Source: an uncultured Anaerolinea sp.
GTDB taxonomy: Bacteria; Chloroflexota; Anaerolineae; JAAEKA01
DNA length: 64,000 bases
Assembly (NCBI GenBank): GCA_964626845.1
Contig: CAZVGR010000014.1
Span: 12,570 to 76,569 of the forward strand
Direction: 5' to 3'
Shown here: positions 18,664 to 29,279 of the stretch, one piece after another
Position numbering within the stretch: position 1 is the first letter of the stretch
Layout of the letters: the number at the start of each line of letters is the position of its first letter
Position numbers and translations under genes: made by a program
The notes under the pieces: generated by a model
The model's database searches: none
What the model saw: the letters and a program-made list of their open reading frames with translations, nothing else
Told to the model about the DNA's origin: nothing

Positions 18664-20067
18664 GTGAGCTATCCCAACCTGCTCTTCCTCATCACCGACC
18701 AGCAACAGGCCGCGACCGTGGCGCCGGGCTCGCCTTGCCTGACGTCGAACCTGGACGCGCTGGCGGCGCGCGGGACGCAGTTCAATCGCTGTTATGCGCC
18801 CAACCCGATCTGCTCGCCCAGCCGCGCCAGCCTGTTCACCGGCCTGCTGCCCCACAGCCACGGCATGGTCGATGTGACCCACGCGGTGCCGCCCTACCGG
18901 GCCGAGCTGCAAGCAGGGCTGTCCTTCTGGCCGCAGGCTTTGCAGGCTGCCGGCTATCGCACAGGCTACTTCGGCAAGTGGCATGTGGAACGCACAAACC
19001 GGCTGGAGCGGTTCGGCTTCGACCAGTACGACGTGGCCCGCTACCACCAACTGCATGGGCTGGTGGAACGGCCCGAGCCCATGCAGCCCAGGGGCGTCGT
19101 GCGCCAACCGGGCTACCGCGACTTTCTGCTCTACGGCGTGGTGGACGAGCCGGTCGAGGCGACGCCGGAATGGGCGCTCTACCAGGACGGCGTGCGTTTC
19201 CTGCGCGACGCCGCCAGCCGGCCGGAACAACCGTGGGCGCTGTTCCTGAGCAGCGAGGCGCCGCACGATCCCTACGTGGCGCCGCGCAGCTACTACGAGC
19301 GCTACGATCCGGCCGACCTGCCGCGGCCGACCAGCTTCGGCGATGACCTTGCGGGCCGGCCCGCCCTCTACCGCCGCATACAGCGCGTCTGGCAGGAGCT
19401 GGACTGGGCGCAGGCCGCCGAGGCCACGGCCTGTTACTATGCGCTGTGCTCGCTGCTGGACGATCTGATCGGCGGCCTGCTGGCGGAGCTGGAGGCGCTG
19501 GGACTGGCCGAGAACACGATAGTGGTCTTCACGTCCGACCACGGCGACTACCTGGGCGCGCACGGACTTTTTCTGAAGGGAATACCGGCCTTCGAGGAGG
19601 CCTACCGCGTGCCGCTGATCCTGGCCGGGCGGGGCGTACCGGCCGGCAAGCAGGTGGAGGAGGTCGCCAGCCTGCTGGACCTGGCGCCGACGCTCCTGGA
19701 CCTGCTGCTGCGCCAGCCGTGGGGCGGCCATGGCCGGTCGCTGGCGCCGCTGCTGGCCGGCCAGACGGCTGATTGGCCCGACGAGGCCTACGCCGAGATG
19801 CAGGGCCAGCGCTTCGCCTACCAGCAGCGCATCGTGTGGCGTGAAAACTGGAAGTACGTCTTCAACACCTTCGACGAGGACGAGCTCTACGACCTGGCCG
19901 CGGACCCGCATGAGCTGCGCAACCTGGCCGTTGACCCCGGTCATCGAGACGCGCTGGAGGCCATGGCCCGGCGCATGTGGCGCTGGGTGGCCGACACCGG
20001 CGACGAGAACATGCTCAAGGCGCAGTACGGCATGTTTCGCTTTGCGCCGGTTGGGCCGGAACTGTGA
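18664..20067 (+). CDS. Sulfatase (formylglycine-dependent arylsulfatase family)
   Basis: Signature CSPSRASLFTG (C-x-P-x-R). Start probably GTG 18664 after AAAGG; ORF from 18628. Confidence 0.85.
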   Translation: MSYPNLLFLITDQQQAATVAPGSPCLTSNLDALAARGTQFNRCYAPNPICSPSRASLFTGLLPHSHGMVDVTHAVPPYRAELQAGLSFWPQALQAAGYRTGYFGKWHVERTNRLERFGFDQYDVARYHQLHGLVERPEPMQPRGVVRQPGYRDFLLYGVVDEPVEATPEWALYQDGVRFLRDAASRPEQPWALFLSSEAPHDPYVAPRSYYERYDPADLPRPTSFGDDLAGRPALYRRIQRVWQELDWAQAAEATACYYALCSLLDDLIGGLLAELEALGLAENTIVVFTSDHGDYLGAHGLFLKGIPAFEEAYRVPLILAGRGVPAGKQVEEVASLLDLAPTLLDLLLRQPWGGHGRSLAPLLAGQTADWPDEAYAEMQGQRFAYQQRIVWRENWKYVFNTFDEDELYDLAADPHELRNLAVDPGHRDALEAMARRMWRWVADTGDENMLKAQYGMFRFAPVGPEL

Positions 20068-20077
20068 GGCGTGAAAC

Positions 20078-21250
20078 GTGAAACGTGATGAAGCGGCGCC
20101 GCTGGCGCTGGTCAACGGGCGCATCGTGCTGCCCGACCGGGTGGTGGATGGCCGGGCGCTGTTGGTTGCGGATAGCAAAATTGTGGCTGTGGTCGCGCTG
20201 GACGAGCTGGCCGCGGACACAGCCCGCCTGGACGTGGGCGGCCGGCTCGTCACACCCGGCCTGATCGACATCCACACCCACGGCGCGCTGGGCCACACCT
20301 TCAACGAGCCCACGGCTGAGGCATTCGCGACGATCACGGCCGAGAACCTGCGCCGCGGGGTCACGTCGCTGCTGGCCACCACCGCCACCGCGCCCATCGA
20401 CGACCTGGTGGCCTGCCTGGAGTTCGCCCGCGGCTGGATGGCTGCGCCCCAGGCCGGCAGCCAGGTGCTGGGCGTCCACCTGGAAGGCCCGTACTTCCAT
20501 CCCGCCAAGGCCGGCGCGCAGGACCCGGCTGCGCTGCGCACCCCCGACGACGGCTCGGTGGATCACCTGCTGGCCCACGCGGACGTGGTGCGCATGATGA
20601 GCTACGCGCCGGAGCTGCCGGGCGCGCTGGCGCTGACCGAGCGGCTGGCGAAGCTGGGCATCGTCCCGGCCGCCGGCCACAGCAATGCCCGCGACACGGA
20701 CTTGGAGGCCGCCATGCAAGCCGGTCTGCGCCACATCATCCACGTCTGGAGCGCGCAATCGACCACCGTGTACGAGGGCGCATGGCGCAAACCGGGCCTG
20801 CTGGAGGCGTCGTTGGCCTTCGACGGCCTGACGGTGGAGATGATCGCCGACCACAAGCACCTGCCGCGCACCCTGATGCGGCTGGCCTACAAGGCCATTG
20901 GCCCCGACCGGCTGTGCATCGTCTCCGACGCCACCAGCGGCGCGGGCCTGCCTGAGGGCAGCCGCTTCCGCATGGGCGCGCTGGAGTACGTGGTCGAGGA
21001 CGGCGTGGGCATGATGCTGGACCGCTCCTCCTTTGCCGGCAGCAGCACGCTGCTGAACCAGATGCTGCCCGTGCTCGTCGACGTGGTGGGCATCCCGCTG
21101 GCCGAGGCCGTGCGCATAGCCACCCTCAATCCGGCGCGCGTCATCGGCGCGGATAATCGCAAGGGCAGCCTGGAGCCGGGCAAGGATGCCGACATCGCCA
21201 TCTTCGACGCTGACTTCACCGCCTGGCACGTGCTGGTCGGCGGACGGTAA
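20078..21250 (+). CDS. nagA: N-acetylglucosamine-6-phosphate deacetylase (amidohydrolase)
   Basis: GTG start. Metal-binding HTHG, NagA-like EGPYF and AAGHSNA motifs. Confidence 0.8.
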   Translation: MKRDEAAPLALVNGRIVLPDRVVDGRALLVADSKIVAVVALDELAADTARLDVGGRLVTPGLIDIHTHGALGHTFNEPTAEAFATITAENLRRGVTSLLATTATAPIDDLVACLEFARGWMAAPQAGSQVLGVHLEGPYFHPAKAGAQDPAALRTPDDGSVDHLLAHADVVRMMSYAPELPGALALTERLAKLGIVPAAGHSNARDTDLEAAMQAGLRHIIHVWSAQSTTVYEGAWRKPGLLEASLAFDGLTVEMIADHKHLPRTLMRLAYKAIGPDRLCIVSDATSGAGLPEGSRFRMGALEYVVEDGVGMMLDRSSFAGSSTLLNQMLPVLVDVVGIPLAEAVRIATLNPARVIGADNRKGSLEPGKDADIAIFDADFTAWHVLVGGR

Positions 21251-21310
21251 TCGGTGATCAGTAACCGGTCACCGGTCACGGATTACCGATCACCAAATCT
21301 GGAGCCAACC

Positions 21311-22087
21311 ATGTCATCCCCCATCCACCAAATCACCATCGACCAACTTCCCGTGCGCGTCTATGCCAGCAACGAGGCCATGGGCCAGGCTGCGGCAGTG
21401 GAGGCTGCGGCGGTAATCCAGCGGGCCATCGCCCAGCGCGGCGCAGCCAACGTCATCCTGGCCACGGGCAACTCGCAGCTCACCTTCTTGCGCAGCCTAC
21501 GCGAAAACCAGGATATCGAATGGCGGCATGTGCGCGTTTTCCACATGGACGAGTACGTGGGCCTCGACCCGCAGCACCCTGCCAGCTTTCCGCTCTTCCT
21601 GCGCCGCCATTTCCTGGACTACGTGGACGTGGGCGCGTTCTTCCCCGTGGCCGCGCCGGTCGAGGACACCGAGGCCGCCTGCCGGGCCTACGAGTCGTTG
21701 TTGCGCCATCACCCGGCCGACCTGTGCGCCTGCGGCATCGGCGAGAACGGCCACCTGGCCTTCAACGATCCGCCCTACGCCGACTTCGACGATCCCGTTT
21801 GGGTCAAGGTGGTGCAGTTGGACGAGCGATCGCGGCGCCAGCAGGTAGGCGAGGCCCATTTTACCACCCTGGACGAGGTACCCACCCACGCCGTCACCCT
21901 GACCATCCCCGCGCTGCTGGCCGCCGGGACCGTGCTGTGTATCGTCCCAGAAGCCCGCAAAGCCGAGGCCGTCCAGGCCAGCCTGCGCGGCCCGATTACC
22001 GAGGACTGCCCCGCGTCGATCCTGCGCACGCAGGCCCACGTCCGGCTGTATCTGGATCCGGAGTCGGGTAAATTGGTAAATTGGTAG
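21311..22087 (+). CDS. nagB: Glucosamine-6-phosphate deaminase (NagB/6-phosphogluconolactonase family)
   Basis: Start ATG 21311 (MSSPIHQ). Motifs ILATGNSQ and FHMDEYVGL. Confidence 0.8.
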   Translation: MSSPIHQITIDQLPVRVYASNEAMGQAAAVEAAAVIQRAIAQRGAANVILATGNSQLTFLRSLRENQDIEWRHVRVFHMDEYVGLDPQHPASFPLFLRRHFLDYVDVGAFFPVAAPVEDTEAACRAYESLLRHHPADLCACGIGENGHLAFNDPPYADFDDPVWVKVVQLDERSRRQQVGEAHFTTLDEVPTHAVTLTIPALLAAGTVLCIVPEARKAEAVQASLRGPITEDCPASILRTQAHVRLYLDPESGKLVNW

Positions 22088-22178
22088 ATTGGTAGATTGG
22101 TCATGACTCGCCGCGCGACAACATCACCAATCTACCAATCTACCAATCACCAATCTACCAATCTACCATTCACCAACC
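22075..22178. repeat. Inverted arrays of (TTGGTAAA / TTGGTAGA) and complementary (CAATCTAC / CAATCAC) hepta/octamer repeats
   Basis: Direct inspection. Forms a long imperfect palindrome between nagB and the downstream URO-D gene. Confidence 0.85.
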
Positions 22179-23327
22179 ATGAACCCACGAATCCGCCTCC
22201 TCACCGCCCTTTCCCACCGCGAGCCGGACCGCGTGCCCTTCGACCTGGGCAGCACGCAGGTGACCGGCATCCACGAGGTCGCCTACCGCGCCCTGCGCGC
22301 CGCGCTGGGGCTGCCGGCCGTGGAGCCGGTGCTTTGCGACGCGATCCAGCGCCTGGCCCTGCCTGACGAGGACCTGCTGCAAGCGCTGGGCGTGGACACG
22401 CGCGGCCTCTACCCGCTCAACAGCCACAACCTGCCCTTCGACGAAGCGGACGGCGGCGACTACTGGCTGTATCAAGACGAGTGGGGCATCACGCACCGTC
22501 GGCCCAAGGACGAGGGCCTCTACTACAGCATCTGGCAGGTCCCGCTGCCCCGCGACAACGTGAGCGTGCAGGAGATCGAGCGCTATCCCTGGCCCGACAT
22601 GGGCGCGGTCTGGCGCTTTGCCGGGCTGCGGGAGCAGGCTGAGCGCTGCCGCGCGGCCGGCTATGCCGTGGTGCTCAAGGATGGCTTTGCTGGCATCTTC
22701 GAGTTCGCCCAGCGTATGGTGGGCATGGAGAACCTGCTGGTGATGATGGCGCTACGGCCGGAGGCGGCCGAGGCGCTGTTCGACCAACTGCTGGCGCTGA
22801 AACTGGCCTACTGGCAGACCGCGCTGGCTGAGCTTGGCGACCTGGTGGACGTTGTTACCTACGCCGACGACTACGGCAGCCAGGTGTCGCAGATCATCTC
22901 GCCGCGCATGTTCCGCCGCCTGCTCAAGCCGCGCGTGCAGCAGGTCTTGGCGTTGCAAGCCAGGCTGGCGCCGCACGCTTACCGCTTTTTCCACTCCGAC
23001 GGCAACGTGCGGTCGCTCCTCCCCGACTTCATCGAGATCGGCGTGCAGATCCTCAACCCGATCCACATCCGCGCCACCGGCATGGATCCGGCCGCGCTGA
23101 AGCGTGACTTCGGCCGCGACCTGGCCTTCTGGGGCGGAGGCGTGGACACCCAGGGCGTGCTGCCCACCGGCACGCCGCAGCAGGTCAAGGAAGACGTGCA
23201 GCGCAACGTCGCGGCTTTGGCATCCGGCGGCGGCTACGTCTTCAACACCATCCACAACATCCAGGCCGACGTGCCGGCGGAGAATGTGTTGGCGATGGTG
23301 GAGGCATTGCGAGAGGTATCCCCATGA
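22179..23327 (+). CDS. Uroporphyrinogen decarboxylase (URO-D) family protein, paralog 2
   Basis: 382 aa. URO-D family N- and C-terminal motifs (DRVPFDLGS; FHSDGN; FNTIHNIQADVPAENV). Confidence 0.75.
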   Translation: MNPRIRLLTALSHREPDRVPFDLGSTQVTGIHEVAYRALRAALGLPAVEPVLCDAIQRLALPDEDLLQALGVDTRGLYPLNSHNLPFDEADGGDYWLYQDEWGITHRRPKDEGLYYSIWQVPLPRDNVSVQEIERYPWPDMGAVWRFAGLREQAERCRAAGYAVVLKDGFAGIFEFAQRMVGMENLLVMMALRPEAAEALFDQLLALKLAYWQTALAELGDLVDVVTYADDYGSQVSQIISPRMFRRLLKPRVQQVLALQARLAPHAYRFFHSDGNVRSLLPDFIEIGVQILNPIHIRATGMDPAALKRDFGRDLAFWGGGVDTQGVLPTGTPQQVKEDVQRNVAALASGGGYVFNTIHNIQADVPAENVLAMVEALREVSP

Positions 23328-24325
23328 AAGTTCTCTTTATCGGCGGCACCGGCGTGATCAGCTCGGCCTGCACAGAGTTGGCCGTGCAGCAGCACATCGA
23401 CCTGTATCTGCTCAACCGCGGGCAGAGCACGGCGCGGCCGGCGCCCATCGGCGCAACGGTGCTGCACGGCGACATCCGCGACCCGGCCAGCGTCGAAGCC
23501 GCTCTGCGCGGCCACAGCTTCGACGTGGTGGTGGACTGGATCGCCTTCACGCCCCAGCATGTGCAGACTGACATCGACCTGTTCCGGGGCCGCGTGGGCC
23601 AGGTCATCTTCATCAGCTCGGCCTCGGCCTATCAGACCCCGCCGGCCAGCCTGCCCGTCACCGAGTCGACGCTGCTGGACAACCCTTTCTGGGAGTACTC
23701 GCGCCAGAAGATCGCCTGCGAGGAGCTGCTGGTGCGGGCTTACCGCGACGAAAAGTTTCCCATGACCATCGTGCGCCCCTCGCACACCTACGACGCCACC
23801 AAGATACCGCTGTTGGGCGGCTACACCAGCCTCAAGCGCATGAAAGAGGGCCGGCCGGTGCTGGTCTACGGCGACGGCACATCCTTGTGGACGCTGACCC
23901 ATACGCGCGACTTCGCCACCGGCTTCGTCCCGCTGCTGGGCAACGCCCGCGCCATCGGCGAGGCGGTGCATATCACCTCCGACGAATGGCTGACCTGGAA
24001 CCAGATCTACCAGACCATGGCCGCGGCGCTGGGCGTGGAGGCCAGGCTGGTCCACGTGCCCAGCGAGCTGATCAACGCTTACGACCCGCACCACGGCGAG
24101 GGCCTGCTGGGCGACAAAAGCCACAGCATGATTTTCGACAACAGCAAGATCAAGCGTCTGGCCCCCGGCTTTGCCTGCACCACCCCCTTCGCCTGGGGCG
24201 CCCGCGAGATCGTCGCCTGGCACGAGGCCGACCCGGCCCGGCAGGGGATCGACCCGTACGTGGAGACGTTGATCGAGCGGGTGCTGGCGGCGTATGAGAA
24301 GTGCTGGCCGGGCAGTAATGCGTAA
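23324..24325 (+). CDS. NAD-dependent epimerase/dehydratase (SDR family)
   Basis: ATGA overlap with the upstream stop. Rossmann motif LFIGGTGVISS. Confidence 0.8.
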   Translation: MKVLFIGGTGVISSACTELAVQQHIDLYLLNRGQSTARPAPIGATVLHGDIRDPASVEAALRGHSFDVVVDWIAFTPQHVQTDIDLFRGRVGQVIFISSASAYQTPPASLPVTESTLLDNPFWEYSRQKIACEELLVRAYRDEKFPMTIVRPSHTYDATKIPLLGGYTSLKRMKEGRPVLVYGDGTSLWTLTHTRDFATGFVPLLGNARAIGEAVHITSDEWLTWNQIYQTMAAALGVEARLVHVPSELINAYDPHHGEGLLGDKSHSMIFDNSKIKRLAPGFACTTPFAWGAREIVAWHEADPARQGIDPYVETLIERVLAAYEKCWPGSNA

Positions 24326-24412
24326 CTCGTAACTCGTAACCCGGAATTCGGAGACTCGTGCAGGCCGACTCCGGGTTACGCATTACGAGTTACGGGTTAC
24401 GGGCGCATCCAA
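24307..24412. repeat. Heptamer arrays (TAACTCG/TAACCCG ... TTACGAG/TTACGGG) around hairpin CGTAACCCGGAA...TCCGGGTTACG
   Basis: Same family as 18529-18640 and 63195-63268. Confidence 0.85.
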
Positions 24413-24417
24413 CTCCC

Positions 24418-25476
24418 ATGAACCACCCATTTCTCCCGTTCGAGCTCGTCTTCAACCCCAACTGGTGGTTCCAGACGGCCGGCATCAGCTTCGATGAAAG
24501 TTTCTACCTGGACCCTGCGACGCGCATCCGCAACGACGTGACTATGCGTCGCGTGCTGTGGCAGCGCTACGGCGACCTGGGGCTGGGCGAGGCCGACCCG
24601 CAGCCGCGGCCGGTGATCGGCTCGCTGCACGTGGCCGGCGGCTTCGTCATCCCGGCCCTGCTGGGCGCCGAGATTCGCTTTGCGCCCGACGCCGCGCCCC
24701 AGCCGCTGCCGCGCCGGCTGACGGCTGAACAGATCGACGCGCTGGAGAAGCCTGACTTGCGCTCGCTGTGGCCGATGAACGCGCTGCTGGCCCAGATGGA
24801 CACGCTGGAGGCCGAGTACGGCTATGTGGTCGGCGACCTGAACACCGACGGCCTGCTCAACGCAGCCTACCACTTCTACGGCGAGGACTTGTTCGCCGAC
24901 TTCCACCTGGCCCCGCAGCGGGTGACGCGCCTGTTGTCGCTGATCGGCGAGTTGATCGTGGACGTGGCGCTGGCCGTGCGCAGCCGCACCGGTTCCTGTT
25001 CGATCAGCGTCAACCGCATGGTGGAGCGGGTGGACCCGGCCATTTTCTTCCACGCCAACTGCTCGGTGCAGATGATCTCGCCCAAGAGCTATCGCGCGCT
25101 GCACCTGCCCGTGGAGCAGGCCATGGCCCGCCGCATCCGGCCCTTCGGCATCCACCACTGCGGCAGCAATCTGCATAAAGTTGCAGCCGCCTACGCCGAG
25201 TTGCAGCCGGCGATGGTCGACGTGGGGTGGGGCTCGGACGTGGCCGCGGTGGCGGCGACGCTGCCCGCCACGTTTCTCAACCTGCGCCTCAGTCCGGTGC
25301 GCATGTTGCACAACACGCCGCAGGAGGTCGCTGCCGACGCCGAATATCTGTTGCAGGCCGCCGGCGACCTGACGCGCGCTGGCCTGTGCTGCATCAACAT
25401 GGACTACGGCACGCCCGACGACAACATCTGGGCCGTGGCCGAGGTCGTGGAGCGCTATCGACGCTACGGCGGTTGA
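24418..25476 (+). CDS. URO-D-like family protein (divergent), paralog 3
   Basis: Start ATG 24418 (MNHPFLPF). Weak URO-D-like C-terminal motifs (IHHCGSN; GTPDDNIWAV). Assignment tentative. Confidence 0.5.
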   Translation: MNHPFLPFELVFNPNWWFQTAGISFDESFYLDPATRIRNDVTMRRVLWQRYGDLGLGEADPQPRPVIGSLHVAGGFVIPALLGAEIRFAPDAAPQPLPRRLTAEQIDALEKPDLRSLWPMNALLAQMDTLEAEYGYVVGDLNTDGLLNAAYHFYGEDLFADFHLAPQRVTRLLSLIGELIVDVALAVRSRTGSCSISVNRMVERVDPAIFFHANCSVQMISPKSYRALHLPVEQAMARRIRPFGIHHCGSNLHKVAAAYAELQPAMVDVGWGSDVAAVAATLPATFLNLRLSPVRMLHNTPQEVAADAEYLLQAAGDLTRAGLCCINMDYGTPDDNIWAVAEVVERYRRYGG

Positions 25477-25609
25477 CAGAGACCCGGTGAATAGAATTCA
25501 CCGTCTGACAACACCAAGGCCCCTCAGGGCCTGCCTCCCCAGCGGCTGAGGCCGCTTCGTCCTGTTCAGCCAGGGATTTCCAATCCCTGACGTTTGTACC
25601 GAGCAAACC

Positions 25610-27022
<1,413 letters not shown>

Positions 27023-27039
27023 AGCTTTCCCTCACCCCA

Positions 27040-27125
27040 GCCCTCTCCCAGAGGGAGAGGGAGTCCGGAATCCGGAATCCGGAGTCCGGTCCCCTCTCCC
27101 TCTGGGAGAGGGTTAGGGTGAGGGC
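27040..27125. terminator. Long near-perfect palindrome (~33-bp arms) with a (TCCGGAA)n heptamer loop; candidate terminator after uxaC
   Basis: ccctcaccccagccctctcccagagggagaggg ... ccctctccctctgggagagggttagggtgaggg. Confidence 0.5.
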
Positions 27126-27134
27126 GAACCCACC

Positions 27135-28613
27135 GTGTATCAGAAAGCACCACCCATGACTATCGATAGCTTGACACATCTACCCATTTACCCCGCCTCG
27201 GTCATCCAGGCCGGCGAGACGACTTACTGCCTGCTGCGCGACCAGGGGCAGGGCAAGCATCTGGCCATCGCCGGCACGGCTGCCGGCTTCGAGGGGGAGC
27301 GCGCAGGCGACCTGCTGCTTTGTCCGTTGACGCCAGCCAACGCGGCTGTTCTGCGGGCAGTGTTGCCTCGGCTGCAGCCGCAGCCGCTGGGACTGCAAAC
27401 ATCGGCCGGCTTTGGCGATCGGCTGGGGCTGGCAACGCCCGGCCATGTGCGGGCCATGTGCAAGGCGGCCGGCGTGGCGCCGATCTTTGCGCAGCAGTCG
27501 ATTCGCGAGAACGCCCGCACCGGCCGCACGCCGCAGCAGGTACTGGACGACGCCATGTGGGGCGTGTTTCAGGAGGGCTGGCAGGCTGGCTACGGCGCCG
27601 ACGCCGATCACCTCAAGACCCCGGCCGACGCCGACAGCACCGCCGCGGCCGGCTACACCTTCTTCACCATCGACCCCGGCGAGCACGTGGACGACTCGGC
27701 CCACAGCGCTGCGCCGGCTGAGTTGACGGCCAAAGTAGCCGCGCTGCCCTGGGCCGCGCTGGAGATGCAGCCGGACGATCTGCCCCACCGTTACCTGGGC
27801 CAGGCCTTCGAGCTGGCGCGCGGCCGGCTAATTTTTGACGAACAAAGCCTGCTGCGGGCAGCCGCCAAGTATGGCCGCGCCGTGGCCCACGTGGCCCGCA
27901 TGTACCGCCACCTGGAAGCTGTCATGACCGACCGGGCCTGGGAGCTAGAGGTGTCGGTGGACGAGACCGAGACGCCCACGTCGCATCTGGAGCATCTCTA
28001 CATTGCCCTGGAGTTGAAACGGCTGGGCGTGCGCTGGGTCAGCCTGGCCCCGCGCTACGTGGGTCGTTTCGAGAAGGGCGTAGACTACATTGGCGATCTG
28101 GACGCGCTGCAGGCCGACCTGGCCGGGCACGCGGCTATTGCCGGCGCGTTCGGCCCTTACAAGCTCAGCCTGCACAGCGGCTCCGACAAGTTCAGCGTCT
28201 ACCCGCTGATCGTCGAGGCGACCGGCGGCCTGGTGCATCTCAAGACGGCCGGCACCAGCTACCTGGAGGCGCTGCGGGCCATTGCCCAGGTGGAGCCGGC
28301 CCTGTTGCGCGCAGTCTATGCGCTGGCCTTCGAGCGCTACGGCGAGGACCGCAAGACCTACCACGTGTCGGCCCAGCCTGGCCGCGCGCCGCAGCCTGAC
28401 AGCCTGACCGACGCTGCTCTGCCGGCCGTGCTGGACCAGTTCGACGCGCGCGAGATGCTGCACGTCACCTTCGGCTCGGCGCTGGCCCGCTACGGCGACG
28501 CCATCAAGGCCACCCTGCGCGCCCACGAGGAGGCCCACTATGCCGCCCTGGAGGCGCACTTCGACCGGCATCTGGCGGCGTTTGCAACCCCGGGACGGCA
28601 GCGCATGCCATGA
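27135..28613 (+). CDS. uxaE: Tagaturonate/fructuronate epimerase
   Basis: Motif blocks FGDRLGLATPGHVRA, FAQQSIRENARTGRT, VSVDETETPTS, SLHSGSDKFSVYP and KTAGTSYLEA match the characterised Thermotoga UxaE family, as recalled. Confidence 0.7.
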   Translation: MYQKAPPMTIDSLTHLPIYPASVIQAGETTYCLLRDQGQGKHLAIAGTAAGFEGERAGDLLLCPLTPANAAVLRAVLPRLQPQPLGLQTSAGFGDRLGLATPGHVRAMCKAAGVAPIFAQQSIRENARTGRTPQQVLDDAMWGVFQEGWQAGYGADADHLKTPADADSTAAAGYTFFTIDPGEHVDDSAHSAAPAELTAKVAALPWAALEMQPDDLPHRYLGQAFELARGRLIFDEQSLLRAAAKYGRAVAHVARMYRHLEAVMTDRAWELEVSVDETETPTSHLEHLYIALELKRLGVRWVSLAPRYVGRFEKGVDYIGDLDALQADLAGHAAIAGAFGPYKLSLHSGSDKFSVYPLIVEATGGLVHLKTAGTSYLEALRAIAQVEPALLRAVYALAFERYGEDRKTYHVSAQPGRAPQPDSLTDAALPAVLDQFDAREMLHVTFGSALARYGDAIKATLRAHEEAHYAALEAHFDRHLAAFATPGRQRMP

Positions 28614-28665
28614 TCTGGCTGGCCAGCAGTTTGTGTGACACTGTATACGGGGCTATAATGGCGCC

Positions 28666-28974
28666 ATGCTGGCAGTCATCGATACCAATGACATCTCCCT
28701 CAATCAGTATCTGGTCTATGCATTGACGCGCCAGGTTGCTTCGGATTACACCGTGGTGGCATGGCCGCCTGAAGCAGTCCAGCAGCAAAGGCAGCAATTC
28801 GAAGCCTTGTTGCAGCGCATCCGAGCAGCTTCACCGGAGGAGATCGCAGACGCGATGGCAGAACGGGAGATCGTTCCGCCCGAGCCAGACCTCGACCCCG
28901 ATCTGGTCCAACGCTTGCGTCTGCGCATCAACGAGGCGCGTGCGAGCTATGATCCCGTTAGCAGCGAAGCATGA
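28666..28974 (+). CDS. Hypothetical protein
   Basis: 102 aa in a locally AT-richer block. TATAAT 12 nt upstream of the ATG. Confidence 0.35.
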   Translation: MLAVIDTNDISLNQYLVYALTRQVASDYTVVAWPPEAVQQQRQQFEALLQRIRAASPEEIADAMAEREIVPPEPDLDPDLVQRLRLRINEARASYDPVSSEA

Positions 28975-29011
28975 GCGGGGCAACCAACACGTAAACAGAA
29001 AGGATAAACCC

Positions 29012-29206
29012 ATGATCAACACCAAAGCACAGCCCGACCGCCACAGCGAGACCGTCGCCGAAGGCAAGACGGTCGCCTACTGCCGCTGCTGGCAGTCAGG
29101 CAAGTTCCCTTACTGCGACGGCACCCACCGCAAAGTGAACGCCGAGACCGGCGACAGCGTCGGCCCGGTGATCGTCAAAGGCGGCGCGGTCGAAGACGCC
29201 AGCTAG
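29012..29206 (+). CDS. CDGSH-type iron-sulfur domain protein
   Basis: 64 aa. [16 protein letters not shown] motif. AAAGGA SD. Confidence 0.75.
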   Translation: MINTKAQPDRHSETVAEGKTVAYCRCWQSGKFPYCDGTHRKVNAETGDSVGPVIVKGGAVEDAS

Positions 29207-29221
29207 GTATGCAGAGCGCCA

Positions 29222-29255
29222 AAGATGACATGTCTCGGAAGACATGTCATCTTTC
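29222..29255. repeat. Perfect 14-bp-arm palindrome AAAGATGACATGTC-tcggaa-GACATGTCATCTTT (member of the GAGATGACATTTCT family)
   Basis: Direct inspection. Related copies at 47303 and 54355. Confidence 0.8.
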
Positions 29256-29279
29256 ACCCTACACCCCCGGAGGATAATC

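Noticed and set aside
18631-20541. 636-aa minus-strand ORF (and similar long antisense ORFs at 9109-10227, 25619-26770, 42156-43844, 56766-58889, 55110-55961, 20015-21229, 22752-23255)
   Set aside because: They run antisense to genes with clear family signatures (sulfatase, binding protein, UxaC, anti-sigma, LTD protein, NagA, URO-D). Long stop-free antisense frames are expected at ~68% GC, and their translations are Arg/Gly/Ala-rich low complexity.
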